Positions 17,401-26,263 of a stretch of DNA of 64,000 bases are shown piece by piece. The stretch is from a virus, in IMG/VR virus record IMGVR_UViG_3300045988_171772, positions 160,001 through 224,000 of that record; one strand, written 5' to 3'. Position 1 is the first letter of the stretch; every line of letters starts with the position of its first letter. Position numbers and translations under genes: made by a program. The notes under the pieces were generated by a model. That model was not told the DNA's origin. It did no database searches and saw only the letters and a program-made list of their open reading frames with translations.

Positions 17401-19307
17401 CTCTGATCTATACTGGAGAAGCCTATCAGAGAACCGAATGCACAGATTATTTCATTCCGAATGCAGAAGCTACCTACTATGACAGTCCTTCTACCAATCC
17501 GGATGCTTCCACTGTCAAGGGTACTCTTGAGAAAGGTACTGTGATCAAGCTCAGCGCTAAGATCAATCGTACCATGGTTGGTGGTGTCTTCTATGCATTC
17601 ACCATGAATGAACAGACATTCTACACCAATCCGGAAGCAGTGCAGAGCTTTGTCGGTACCTTTGATCTGGAGTATGAACCTCCTGAGATTGGATTCTATC
17701 TCCAGACTACTGTGGGTATTGACTATCGCTCAGTTCCTCATAACTATGCAGCTGCTATGGGTAGAGTGGAAGCTAATGTCCGTCTCCATGCTCCTCTGAA
17801 GATGAAGAATAGTGCTGATGGAAATACCTGGTGGGCAATTGCTTCCAGTAATCAGCAGTATGTCTTTATCATGGATGATGATACTCTGACTTCTGGGTAT
17901 CAGTATACCATTGAGGATATGGACAGTAACTTCTATTGCACAAGTGAAACCGCCAATGTGGTGATCTACTCTCATTGTGCCACTGATCCGGATAGCGTCA
18001 AGGCGATTGTCGAAGCTCCGGCAGAAGTCCTGGTCTATGGTAAGGTAACTGACTTTGAATATCCGGAATGGTATGCTACCACTCTGGAAGATGGAACGGT
18101 TGGTTACATCTGTGCCAATGAGAATTACAAATTTGATTATCAATATAACATCTATCAGCTGAGTGACTATGCTCATGCTAGAGTGTCTCAGAAGGTTACT
18201 GTCTATGAGAGACCCTCTGTGAAATCCACCGTCGTGAAAGAACTTGATGTGGGCGAATACTCGGTTGAGTTTATGGTGGGTGGAGATGGTACTGTGGATG
18301 GTACCTGGCTGATGATCGATGATGATCAGTTTGTCCAGACTGGTTCTACTGTCACTCTGGTGTATATCTATCCTTCGAATGTCGTCTCTAAGTTCCTTGT
18401 GATTAATGTCACAGGCGCAGATGGACTGAAGGCATACACCTATGCAGATCCCGCAGCTTCTACCACTATCATTCCCTATGGCATTCAGGTGAAGCCTACT
18501 TCCACCTTTGAAGCCAATGGTCATACTTGGTATACTATCAATTATGCTGGTAGTGTCTACTATGTCATGAGTGATGATCCGAATATGACTCTGATGAATG
18601 TGTATGATCAGAATCCGGTTACTGAAGGATTCTGTGCACATGTATTGGCAGATGGTGTTCTGATCTATAATGATCCCTCTACGATGGAAACTTCTATCGA
18701 ATTGGATAAGGATCAGTATTATCAGATCAGCTCTTCTCTGGTGGATGAAATCAACTCCAAATATTGGTATTCTCTCATCTTCATGGGCCAGGCCTATTAT
18801 ATGATGAAAGATCAGATCAATGTGGAATTCCTCTATAAATATCCTTCTACTCCGATGGATACTGGAATCTTCCTCCAGCCTCTGATCGATGACTACGAGA
18901 TTGTCAATAACCCCATTGACAAGGAAGTGGTTGGTACGATCGATACTTCTACTTCGATTGAGGTATTGGAGAAATTGGATACCCAGTATGATGGTTGCAC
19001 TTGGTATATGGTCCACTATAATGACCAGTATTCCTATGTCAATGTCAATGCTGATGGCACCAATGCTCGTATCTATGATGCAGAAGCAGATTCCTATCTG
19101 AGAGAGTTGAAGAAGATTCTGGCTAGTCTCCAGACTCAGAAAGAGTCTATTACTCAGCAGCAGGATTACATTGCTGAATTGAGCAATGCTCTGGATGCTA
19201 TCGAGGAATCTACCAATACTCTGGCTACCTCTGTGAGCTCTACTATTGAGAATCTCCAGAAGGTGATTACCAAGATGGAAGAAGACGCCGCTGATGGCAA
19301 TCCGTAA
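14466..19307 (+). CDS. giant multidomain peptidoglycan hydrolase: M23 peptidase + GH25 muramidase + about 14 SH3-like repeats + C-terminal coiled coil
   Basis: M23 motifs HKNSWAID and GNHIHFE fall at nt ~14487-14840. GH25 motifs GIDVSKYQSDINW and AWDFEAD fall at nt ~15777-16376. Repeated ~65-aa modules each carry an xxWY...G..YYV core (3 before GH25, about 11 after). Heptad-like tail at 19090-19300. Confidence 0.85.
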   Translation: MEKAYFGMNTLRVTYGPHGNKSHKNSWAIDLGGADTGIDPFYAPYTGIVRRLRSNSNELWFESSEPVQWADGTQDYVTIMMVHANSVPVASGQTVKQGEHLYNEGTKGNATGNHIHFEVGKGKFVSPYGWYDNGKGDDGSSVWNIYNQVDPTRVFFLKKDTKIMAVGSDNTTGASLNWKVDDGTTPGTLEKNSYFTVGVGNMEYFSTTDVNSNLGYLENGRTYIAYDSYVGSDYTWWRFRHPDGNLYWTAMIWNRCSAYGTIAETKIDGKVAVASSETALYNSPDPFNVANSVLPSNSRTPIYSQANLTLYNKTWYSIQVGGKIYWVPSDSISIEDTSWEDLLTTLPSGSTLTTIVDGVYYYSEPNPSKAISQLQLGTTLTATRQSWTGIMNYNWYEAMLEDGTLVYIVVNDTQVTLTKGGGGTVDPPTDPGDYTTEITGIDVSKYQSDINWDQVRGDPQNIQFAFIRAVSTRDATAPYVDEYLIQNMQGAQAAGIPYGVYIFTYGDNEAEIDAEVDLCINQLSGFNVTYPVAWDFEADNFKDTSKKEYNTDLILYALRRIQKRGYLPILYTYYNMIKNYVNYNRILENGFDIWIADYRGYNGFVNEGGKCTIWQYTSSGSVNGISGRCDMDTSYFDYHRYITDNGWNNGATSQWPSEEFYGYLTINASNAEAFPYPSVNAEGNYFLLNGASYSVIGKCTSEIEGYTWYLIKDNNLIRYVPFLGDRMTLTEGNFITSSYRFYKTTTKTWLSNYETMEYFDEPNVNTQLGYLTRNSPYEVFGILVDVVNDYKFVIIKMDSGYHYCVDFSKDDKCFLYESEDRYPLDTVQSGTKLTTNQEWIGYWEIPSTYDNSPLEFLDPGKYYDVVGKLKYQYDRKTWYAVNIPDVGIYYVMDDGKSTIVQNQYNIPYDYQPVENTNIEICAATNGYTSCDESSTGTPLVIDKVYSVFGKITDSSVSGEWYIIIQNDAAVYVKNTENATLIYTGEAYQRTECTDYFIPNAEATYYDSPSTNPDASTVKGTLEKGTVIKLSAKINRTMVGGVFYAFTMNEQTFYTNPEAVQSFVGTFDLEYEPPEIGFYLQTTVGIDYRSVPHNYAAAMGRVEANVRLHAPLKMKNSADGNTWWAIASSNQQYVFIMDDDTLTSGYQYTIEDMDSNFYCTSETANVVIYSHCATDPDSVKAIVEAPAEVLVYGKVTDFEYPEWYATTLEDGTVGYICANENYKFDYQYNIYQLSDYAHARVSQKVTVYERPSVKSTVVKELDVGEYSVEFMVGGDGTVDGTWLMIDDDQFVQTGSTVTLVYIYPSNVVSKFLVINVTGADGLKAYTYADPAASTTIIPYGIQVKPTSTFEANGHTWYTINYAGSVYYVMSDDPNMTLMNVYDQNPVTEGFCAHVLADGVLIYNDPSTMETSIELDKDQYYQISSSLVDEINSKYWYSLIFMGQAYYMMKDQINVEFLYKYPSTPMDTGIFLQPLIDDYEIVNNPIDKEVVGTIDTSTSIEVLEKLDTQYDGCTWYMVHYNDQYSYVNVNADGTNARIYDAEADSYLRELKKILASLQTQKESITQQQDYIAELSNALDAIEESTNTLATSVSSTIENLQKVITKMEEDAADGNP

Positions 19308-19320
19308 GTAAACCCTATTA

Positions 19321-19362
19321 AGACCCTCATGGATGATTGGATTCCATGAGGGTCTATTTTTA
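19321..19362 (+). terminator. intrinsic terminator
   Basis: 13-bp stem AGACCCTCATGGA (19321-19333) / TCCATGAGGGTCT (19343-19355), then ATTTTTA. Confidence 0.8.
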
Positions 19363-19439
19363 CTATTCTAAAACATCCGGTTAATGCTATAGCACTTACA
19401 ATGACTCTTTTATCCTATAAAAAGGAGCTGATATCAGCA

Positions 19440-20420
19440 ATGAGTTCGATTCATTACATCAAAGACAAACTCGGTCTTCAGGATCGTGGGTTTGTCGAAG
19501 TGAGCGATCAGGTCGCTGTTGAAATGAAGCGCAGACACATCCCTACTTTTAGAGGAGTCCTCTATGAGAAGGATGAGTTTGGCAATCTTCTCTTTGTGAA
19601 AGAGAATACTGTGGTTCTGGGTGGTTCGATCAATGCACTGGAGAAACTCTTCGGTGTCTTTGCCGAATATCGTCCCAGTTCTTTGACCACACTGTATCGG
19701 AGTTCTCTGACCTTCCCGTCAGATCTGGCTTCTACCTACAACGATTCTTGGGAGAGAGATCATGATCATGAGTGCCACATCGCTCTGTTTGGTGTTGGCA
19801 CTGGTGGCTGTGCTCTGGATATCTCCGCTGTCTATAAACCTGACTTCAAGCAGAATACTCTGAATACAGATGATTCTGTGGAAGAAGGTCAGACTGGTAA
19901 CTGGATTCCTCTTCGCGTATCTCCTCAGGCAAGTCTGGATAGCCCTGGAGTTCTTCCGGGTACTGACAATGCTGTGGAGAGAGCGAAGTATCATTTCCGT
20001 CTGCCACTCTCTACCGAAACTGGTACCATGTATGGTTGGTATCTGAAAGAGTTTGAGAGTGAGCCCACCATCAAATCTCTGTGGAAGAATGCTCCGGATC
20101 TGTCTAAGGATGGTACCGAGATTACTTCTGACAGTGATCTGGCCACTGGTCCTGATGGTGTCGGCATCGAAAGCTTTGGTGAGGTTGTTATTCACATTTC
20201 TGCTGACGATGTCCGCGATTACTTTGTCTCTACTGGATCTACCGAAGTTCCTCGTTTCAACTCACTGGGTCTCTTCAGTGGTGTGAAGCGTGAGGCTGTG
20301 GATGGAGAGTATGCGGAATACTACAATGTCCGCCTTGTCTCTGTCGTCAACTTCGAGAATGTTGCCAAGAGACTGAAGACCGATTCTACATACGTTTATC
20401 GTATCTACTCAGCTCTGTAA
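19440..20420 (+). CDS. hypothetical protein (326 aa), probably abundant (monocistronic, G+C-elevated)
   Basis: AAAAGGAG lies 9 nt upstream of the ATG at 19440; the track start at 19401 has no SD. The gene is bracketed by strong terminators at 19321-19362 and 20428-20480. Confidence 0.7.
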   Translation: MSSIHYIKDKLGLQDRGFVEVSDQVAVEMKRRHIPTFRGVLYEKDEFGNLLFVKENTVVLGGSINALEKLFGVFAEYRPSSLTTLYRSSLTFPSDLASTYNDSWERDHDHECHIALFGVGTGGCALDISAVYKPDFKQNTLNTDDSVEEGQTGNWIPLRVSPQASLDSPGVLPGTDNAVERAKYHFRLPLSTETGTMYGWYLKEFESEPTIKSLWKNAPDLSKDGTEITSDSDLATGPDGVGIESFGEVVIHISADDVRDYFVSTGSTEVPRFNSLGLFSGVKREAVDGEYAEYYNVRLVSVVNFENVAKRLKTDSTYVYRIYSAL

Positions 20421-20427
20421 TCTTTAT

Positions 20428-20480
20428 ACCCTGATTATCCTGGGAATTATATTCTCTAAGATAATCAGGGTTTATTTTTA
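20428..20480 (+). terminator. intrinsic terminator
   Basis: 12-bp stem ACCCTGATTATC (20428-20439) / GATAATCAGGGT (20460-20471), then TTATTTTTAT. Confidence 0.8.
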
Positions 20481-20509
20481 TAGAAAGATCATACAAAATT
20501 CTTAAGTTT

Positions 20510-20597
20510 GCTGGTGTGTCCGAGTGGTTTAAGGAAGCAGTCTTGAAAACTGTCGGCTCGAGAGGGTCCGTGGGTTCAAATCCTACCACCAGCGCCA
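20510..20597 (+). tRNA. tRNA-Ser(UGA), class II, CCA encoded
   Basis: GCTGGTG-TG-TCC-GAGTGGTTTAA-GGA-A-GCAGT-CTTGAAA-ACTGT-(16-nt variable arm)-GTGGG-TTCAAAT-CCTAC-CACCAGC-G-CCA. Canonical 7-nt anticodon loop with U33 and anticodon TGA. Confidence 0.9.
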
Positions 20598-20670
20598 TAT
20601 ACTTTCTATAGAGTCATTCAAGAAAACACCTAGGTTAAGATATACCTTAACGCAAAGCAGGTGAACTTGA

Positions 20671-21426
20671 ATGGCTCTATATACATTGTCTGAGATGGTA
20701 CAAGTCATTCTTGAGGATATCGGTATTGCCGATTTGCCTATTATCGAAACCGTTGGTATGGATAAGATCGTACAGAGATTGGAGAATTCTGCTCTGAAAG
20801 AATTCTCTGTGCGTTATCCCTATATCAAACACTTCGAAATGAATGATGAATGCCTTCTTCATAAGAATCAAGATGATGCCTTCTATAGCACCACAAAAGG
20901 AATTGATTATGTCATTCCTAGAGAAGAGTATGAAGGTCATCAACTCTTAGGTATTGCCAACATTGTCACCAATGCTGTATCTGGATATAATGATTCGTAT
21001 ATTCCCTATACGTATTCTTTCTCTCCGGATGCAATGATCAATATGTTTTCAGACATTCAAATGACTGCTGATCTTGGAAGAATGATGGCAAAATCTATGA
21101 CTTGGGAATTCACCAAGCCCAATAAGATTCGTCTGTATAATGGATGGCTCTCTGGTAAGTATGATGTGTCCATGATGCTGACACATGATACTTCTCTCTC
21201 TACCATTCCTGATACAGCGCTTACTCATTTCAGAAAGCTTGCAACCTATGATGTGGAGTGGTTCCTCTATAATCGCTTCAAGAGATTGCAGAATCTGGAT
21301 GTCGGTATCGGTAACTTCGAATTGAAGATTGATGACTGGGCGGATGCTCAGGACAAGTTCCGTCAATATCTGGATGATATTGATGAAGAAGGGAATCTCG
21401 ATATCGACTCCATCACCTATTTCTAA
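20671..21426 (+). CDS. hypothetical protein (251 aa)
   Basis: ORF with a GCAGGTGA SD 7 nt upstream. Confidence 0.7.
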   Translation: MALYTLSEMVQVILEDIGIADLPIIETVGMDKIVQRLENSALKEFSVRYPYIKHFEMNDECLLHKNQDDAFYSTTKGIDYVIPREEYEGHQLLGIANIVTNAVSGYNDSYIPYTYSFSPDAMINMFSDIQMTADLGRMMAKSMTWEFTKPNKIRLYNGWLSGKYDVSMMLTHDTSLSTIPDTALTHFRKLATYDVEWFLYNRFKRLQNLDVGIGNFELKIDDWADAQDKFRQYLDDIDEEGNLDIDSITYF

Positions 21427-21448
21427 GAATAGGGATCGATGTCATATT

Positions 21449-21515
21449 TATGGATATCTGCCTACAAAGATTATGAAAAGATCTTATGTGGGTAGATATC
21501 CATATTATGTCTTTG
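21449..21515 (+). terminator. intrinsic terminator
   Basis: 14-bp stem 21449-21462/21491-21504 with one G-U pair valid only on the plus strand, then a T-rich tail. Confidence 0.6.
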
Positions 21516-21541
21516 ACATCAAAAATAAAAGAGAAAATTCT

Positions 21542-21553
21542 GTATATTATTCT
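21542..21553 (+). promoter_or_regulatory. promoter-like motif GTATATTATTCT
   Basis: Copy of RTATATTATT, 47 nt upstream of the ATG at 21600. Confidence 0.35.
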
Positions 21554-21599
21554 CTTGAAATAGAGAAGGAAACTCTATAAAACCAGAAAGGAATTCACT

Positions 21600-22376
21600 A
21601 TGGAAGCGAAGAAAACCAAGATCTATTACCCTCTGAAGAATAAGGAAGGGAAGCCGATCACCATCTGTGGCCTTCCGGTCTTTACCTTTTCCAACAATGA
21701 GGGAAAACGGAAGAAGCCGGCCGTATATGGGTATACGGGAGAGACCTATGGAGTCGACAAAGATCCCAAAGCATTCAATATGAAGTGTGACATGCGCTTC
21801 ATTCCGATTACCCCTGCAGTCCGGAAGCTGTTTGATGACAATCCGGAACTGATTCGTGTGGCTGGTACCATCATGGGGACCAGCTATTATCTGGTCCCCT
21901 TTGTGGCTCCGGATTGGTTTATCTGCAAGACCAACTTCCGGATGGCACAGATGTGGATTGCAGAAAGCTTTCTCACCACTCCCTCGAACTCCTATGGTGG
22001 TGGCGGAAGTTATATGGCTCTTCCTCTCAACTTCCTCATTGCTCTCTGTGATGAGCTGAAGGTTGATCCGAAGACTAAATCGGCTGCTATCACTCTGGCA
22101 TCCCATGCGATCGTCAAGGTCAATGGAAGTGCTATGCATACGCAGTATGACTCCAATACTATCTCGATGTTGGAGTATTCTGCCAGCATGAATTCCATCC
22201 TTGCAGTCCTCTTCCGTACTTCTCACAAGAAGCTGAGTCTTACGGAATACAAACTCACCAAGAAGGTCGTTGCGTATGATTGCAAGATCGTCAAGAAAGT
22301 GAAGAAGGTTTCTGTTCCTGAGGAGCAGACCCAGAAAAAGAAAAAGAAGAAACCCGTCACACAAAAAGCCAAGTAA
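21600..22376 (+). CDS. hypothetical protein with poly-lysine C-terminus (258 aa)
   Basis: GAAAGGA SD. The C-terminus is ...EEQTQKKKKKKPVTQKAK. G+C-elevated. Confidence 0.7.
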   Translation: MEAKKTKIYYPLKNKEGKPITICGLPVFTFSNNEGKRKKPAVYGYTGETYGVDKDPKAFNMKCDMRFIPITPAVRKLFDDNPELIRVAGTIMGTSYYLVPFVAPDWFICKTNFRMAQMWIAESFLTTPSNSYGGGGSYMALPLNFLIALCDELKVDPKTKSAAITLASHAIVKVNGSAMHTQYDSNTISMLEYSASMNSILAVLFRTSHKKLSLTEYKLTKKVVAYDCKIVKKVKKVSVPEEQTQKKKKKKPVTQKAK

Positions 22377-22389
22377 GGAGGGCTTTTAA

Positions 22390-23085
22390 ATGGATAAAAA
22401 CGATAATTTCGATCAGAAGAATCTGAATGAAGAACCCACCAATGAGCCTGTCAAACACTCTAAGATCGTTGAGGCAATGATCAATTCCAGCGATGATCCT
22501 GAGAAGGATAGAAAAGAGTGGGATGAAATATCCAAGGGTCTTCAGGAGTCCAAAGAGGACTTCAAGAATATGAAGAAGGACTTCGACAAAATGGTGGATG
22601 AAACCAACAAGAACTTCGAGAAGGCAAAGCCGAAGACTCTCATGGAGAAGGTTATCCACTTTGGTATCCTTCTGTTTGTCATCGCCATCATCGTTGGTAT
22701 CTTCCGCAGCTGTGCTGCTAACACTCCGGAGAACCGAGCCATCAATACTGCGAAGGACATGATCTTCTCGGATTATGGTGAAAGCAACTTCGAGATCTAT
22801 GTCGACACTTCCTTGGAGAATGTCGAGTGGGAAGCTGAGAATCTGGGCAATGACAGATGGGCCGTCTACATGAACGGTTACTCTCCCAAGTATGACATCC
22901 AGTTGATGACCCAGATGGTTATTACGGATGAAGGCGATAGCTATAGTGGTGAGATCGTCTATGTCGAAGTGGATGGCGTTGGGTATTCTGATTACGACAG
23001 TATCCGGTATGCCTTGGCTGTAATCTACGATCGCGTAAACCAGGAGTTTGTCTCTGACTATATGGGATATCTCCTCGGCTTCTAA
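22390..23085 (+). CDS. hypothetical single-pass membrane protein (231 aa)
   Basis: AAGGAGGG lies 8 nt upstream. A charged N-terminal region is followed by the hydrophobic segment FGILLFVIAIIVGIF. Confidence 0.7.
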   Translation: MDKNDNFDQKNLNEEPTNEPVKHSKIVEAMINSSDDPEKDRKEWDEISKGLQESKEDFKNMKKDFDKMVDETNKNFEKAKPKTLMEKVIHFGILLFVIAIIVGIFRSCAANTPENRAINTAKDMIFSDYGESNFEIYVDTSLENVEWEAENLGNDRWAVYMNGYSPKYDIQLMTQMVITDEGDSYSGEIVYVEVDGVGYSDYDSIRYALAVIYDRVNQEFVSDYMGYLLGF

Positions 23086-23096
23086 TCCATTAGCAC

Positions 23097-23146
23097 AAAA
23101 TGCCCGGTATGAGGTTTATGATTCCTCATACCGGGCATTCTTTTTA
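23097..23146. terminator. bidirectional intrinsic terminator
   Basis: Stem TGCCCGGTATGAGG (23101-23114) / CCTCATACCGGGCA (23124-23137), flanked by an A-run and a T-run, between convergent genes. Confidence 0.8.
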
Positions 23147-24127
23147 TTCGTAATCCAGGATATAGTCTCTTCCCAGATTGTCTGTCACTGTGCCAAGATC
23201 ATCATGGACTGTAAAGCTGAGATCTTCAACATGAGACGGAAGAGGATAATCCGGGATTTCAACACCTTGATCATCCTTAGCCACCAGTCTTTTTGATCCA
23301 GTCTCATTATCAATGACACAATGAATCTGGATATTTCTTCCTTCATACTGAAGATATATATCTCCCTCTGAAGGAGTTTCTTCTCCAAAAATCTGTTGAA
23401 TCTGAGCATCATCGTCAATGGATCCAGCGCTATTGGAGTTATCCGTAGAATTAGTAATCTCATCACTATTGACAGTGACTGTATTAGGACCACCACTGAA
23501 GAGTTGCTGAATTGCCATAGAAGCACTCAGAGAAGCATCTTCCTGAGCACTATTCTTAGCTTCCATTTTCAGCTTCAGATCCGCAACCGTCTTCTTGATG
23601 TTATTTTGCTCCTTTATAGCACTCAGTTTGGTACTATAGAGAGAAGACTGAGCAGAGATTAAATCCGACATTGCCTTGAAATTACGAGATCTTGATACTC
23701 TCATATTGGCAATGTCTCGACCGACACTCTGAATATCGCTATCCAGATCGGTGATCATCTTTTTCAATGCACTTTCTTGTGGAATGAATTGTGCCTGAAT
23801 GTCAGATACTTCCTTACTTCCACCTTCATGTGCATACTTTCTTCCAAGTGAGATCAGATTATTCTGTAACTCTATATCGGAATCATCATCTGTGAATCCA
23901 TCAAAGATATCATCCATATTGAAGAATTCATCTTCAGAGAAGTCTTGATCAACTCCCTTGATGATCTCTTTGACATCCATATCATAATCGTCAAGCTGCT
24001 TCTTGGAATCCTCTTTGTGAGTATCCATAAACTTCTTGACGGTACCGACACCAGAATCGGATTCCTCCAGTGAAAGCGGCGGGATCGCTTTCATAGAATC
24101 TAAGAGTCTGCTCATAGTTTCCTTCAT
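23144..24127 (-). CDS. hypothetical protein (327 aa)
   Basis: Long ORF with AAGGAGG immediately upstream. The spacing is short, so the ATG at 24115 is an alternative start. Confidence 0.65.
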   Translation of the reverse strand: MKETMSRLLDSMKAIPPLSLEESDSGVGTVKKFMDTHKEDSKKQLDDYDMDVKEIIKGVDQDFSEDEFFNMDDIFDGFTDDDSDIELQNNLISLGRKYAHEGGSKEVSDIQAQFIPQESALKKMITDLDSDIQSVGRDIANMRVSRSRNFKAMSDLISAQSSLYSTKLSAIKEQNNIKKTVADLKLKMEAKNSAQEDASLSASMAIQQLFSGGPNTVTVNSDEITNSTDNSNSAGSIDDDAQIQQIFGEETPSEGDIYLQYEGRNIQIHCVIDNETGSKRLVAKDDQGVEIPDYPLPSHVEDLSFTVHDDLGTVTDNLGRDYILDYE

Positions 24128-24249
24128 ACCCTCCTTAGAATCTCCAGAGGATAGAAATCCTCAATCGTAAAATTACAAAAGTGTTAAAAGTCATGAACTT
24201 TCAAGATTTTGCATATATCATATCCATATGAAAGCAGGAGGTAAAGACT

Positions 24250-26238
24250 ATGAAATTTTTGGATGGGGTAGGACCAAATCAAGAGGTCCTACCTTTGAAT
24301 TATCTCTATTTCAATGAAAGGAATTTTAATGCAGATGATGTGTTGACCATCATCTATAAAGACGTAGCTTCTGGAGAGACCAAGGTTCAGAATATCATCA
24401 AACCAGAGATTGAAGTCTGGATCGTAAAATCGGAATATCGAGAAGCTGTTAGATTCAATCGTACCTGGGTAAAGAAGGAGTACCTAGAACCTCATAAAGT
24501 ACGATATAGAAATCGTTATCGGCAAATTGCAAAGATTCTTGGATTGCAGGATGAAGACATTGATCTTGCAAAGACAAGCCCATTCGTCTTATTCTCCAAT
24601 CTGGATATCCGAAACTATTATGCCCTTCAATTCATTCACGAGTATAATGTCCCGGATAGTTTTAATTTGAATATTGGCCTCTTCGATATTGAGAATGACA
24701 TCATTGACATTGATCACTTTCCTCAACCTGGTGAGTGCCCCATTAGTCTGATTGCCTTCATCGATGTATCGAATGAGACTGTCTATCAATTCATTCTCGA
24801 ACCTCAGAATCATTCCCATACCATCAATCCAGCTACTGGGGATTATTACGATTACCGGGATCAAGTCCAGCATCTGAAAGAGCATGTCAAGGAATATGTC
24901 CAAGAACTCCATGAGATGTTTGATGAATCCTATGGAGTATTGGAATATCATATTCTCTTCTTAAAGAGTGAAGAGGAGATGATCTCGAAATTCTTTAAGC
25001 TACTGGATGTCTTGAATATCGACTTTGCGGAAGCATGGAACGCCGCATACGATATGTCCAATCTGACCAGTAGACCGGATAAGATTCTGAGTGATCCCAT
25101 TCAACTGATATGCAGTGACAAATTCCTGGCAAAAGAATGTCTCTTTGTAGAGGATAAGAATCCTCTCTTCCATAAGAGAAAGCATACCTGTCAGATTGCT
25201 CATCCAACTGTCTTTATTGACCAAATGGTCATCTATGCAGGTTTGCGATCTGCTATGGGTAAGATTCCTTCTCTGAAGTTGAATGTCATTGCACAGAAGG
25301 AGATTGGAGATACAAAACTGGATTATTCCGAAGAAGGGTCTATCAAGGAACTCCCCTATGAGAACTTCTGGAAGTATTGTCTCTACTCCATCAAAGATAC
25401 TCTGCTGCAGCTTGGTATCCATAGAAAGACAGATGATATCTCCTCTGTCTATTCTCGTATGTTGGAAGATGGTCTATTGGCCAATGAGGTATTTACTTCC
25501 ACAATTCAGTTGACAAACTCTCTGTCTACCTTTCTTCTGGAGCATGATTATATCCCAGGAAATAACTTCAATAAATTCAATGATGAGCAGAAGCTCAAAC
25601 AGCAAGCATTCTTCTATGGATCTGGTAACGACATTGCTTCGGACGAGAATGATGCCATGATGAATGCCATGGTAGATCCGGATGATCTGGTGGATACTTC
25701 TGATGATGAGGAAGAAGAGGATGATTCCTCCAAGAAGAAAAAGAAATTCTCTGGTGCCATGGTCCAGGATCCGAATCGAATGCTTCCCACTGGTTTCAAA
25801 ATCAATGGGAGACTCAATTCTCGTATTCATAACAATGTCGGTGACATGGATATCACATCTGAGTATCCCACAGCGATTATTCTCTCGAATATGTCTTCGG
25901 AAACTCTCATTGCCAGAGTCGAATTTGTGGATGATCTCTATGATTGGATCTATGTCAATAAAGGACCGAAATGGATCGAGGAGCATCGCATCGTAAACAA
26001 TGCCATTCGGTTTACTGCAGAGGATATGATGGATTACCGATTCAATCGTCTTCCGATGTATAACTATGACTTCATTGATGAAGATGCTGCCAAGTATAAG
26101 TTGAATATGAGTGACACCATTACCATGCTTATGGCATTTGATGATGTGGTTCACATCGGCACTCAATTCTGCAATCTTCCTGACTATGATGAGTTGGTTC
26201 GGAATAATATGGTCATCACCAGGAAGAAGACTGCATAA
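24250..26238 (+). CDS. family-B DNA polymerase, N-terminal part only (3'-5' exonuclease domain plus polymerase motif A)
   Basis: AGGAGG SD. Exo I is FDIEND (24682-), Exo II AWNAAYDMSNL, Exo III YSIKDTLL, and motif A DMDITSEYPTA (25843-25869). The ORF stops about 130 aa later without motif B (KxxxNSxYG) or motif C (DTDS). Confidence 0.85.
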   Translation: MKFLDGVGPNQEVLPLNYLYFNERNFNADDVLTIIYKDVASGETKVQNIIKPEIEVWIVKSEYREAVRFNRTWVKKEYLEPHKVRYRNRYRQIAKILGLQDEDIDLAKTSPFVLFSNLDIRNYYALQFIHEYNVPDSFNLNIGLFDIENDIIDIDHFPQPGECPISLIAFIDVSNETVYQFILEPQNHSHTINPATGDYYDYRDQVQHLKEHVKEYVQELHEMFDESYGVLEYHILFLKSEEEMISKFFKLLDVLNIDFAEAWNAAYDMSNLTSRPDKILSDPIQLICSDKFLAKECLFVEDKNPLFHKRKHTCQIAHPTVFIDQMVIYAGLRSAMGKIPSLKLNVIAQKEIGDTKLDYSEEGSIKELPYENFWKYCLYSIKDTLLQLGIHRKTDDISSVYSRMLEDGLLANEVFTSTIQLTNSLSTFLLEHDYIPGNNFNKFNDEQKLKQQAFFYGSGNDIASDENDAMMNAMVDPDDLVDTSDDEEEEDDSSKKKKKFSGAMVQDPNRMLPTGFKINGRLNSRIHNNVGDMDITSEYPTAIILSNMSSETLIARVEFVDDLYDWIYVNKGPKWIEEHRIVNNAIRFTAEDMMDYRFNRLPMYNYDFIDEDAAKYKLNMSDTITMLMAFDDVVHIGTQFCNLPDYDELVRNNMVITRKKTA

Positions 26239-26263
26239 GATATAAAGAAAGGTGATTCTGATT

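Noticed and set aside
20386-20598. 70-aa minus-strand ORF.
   Set aside because: It overlaps the canonical tRNA-Ser gene and the preceding terminator, and has no SD. It is an artefact.
26239-26263. Intron, intein or homing endonuclease interrupting the DNA polymerase.
   Set aside because: Only about 25 nt separate the polymerase stop from the next SD and ATG. No structured RNA or endonuclease ORF is present, and the downstream protein shows no polymerase motifs B or C.
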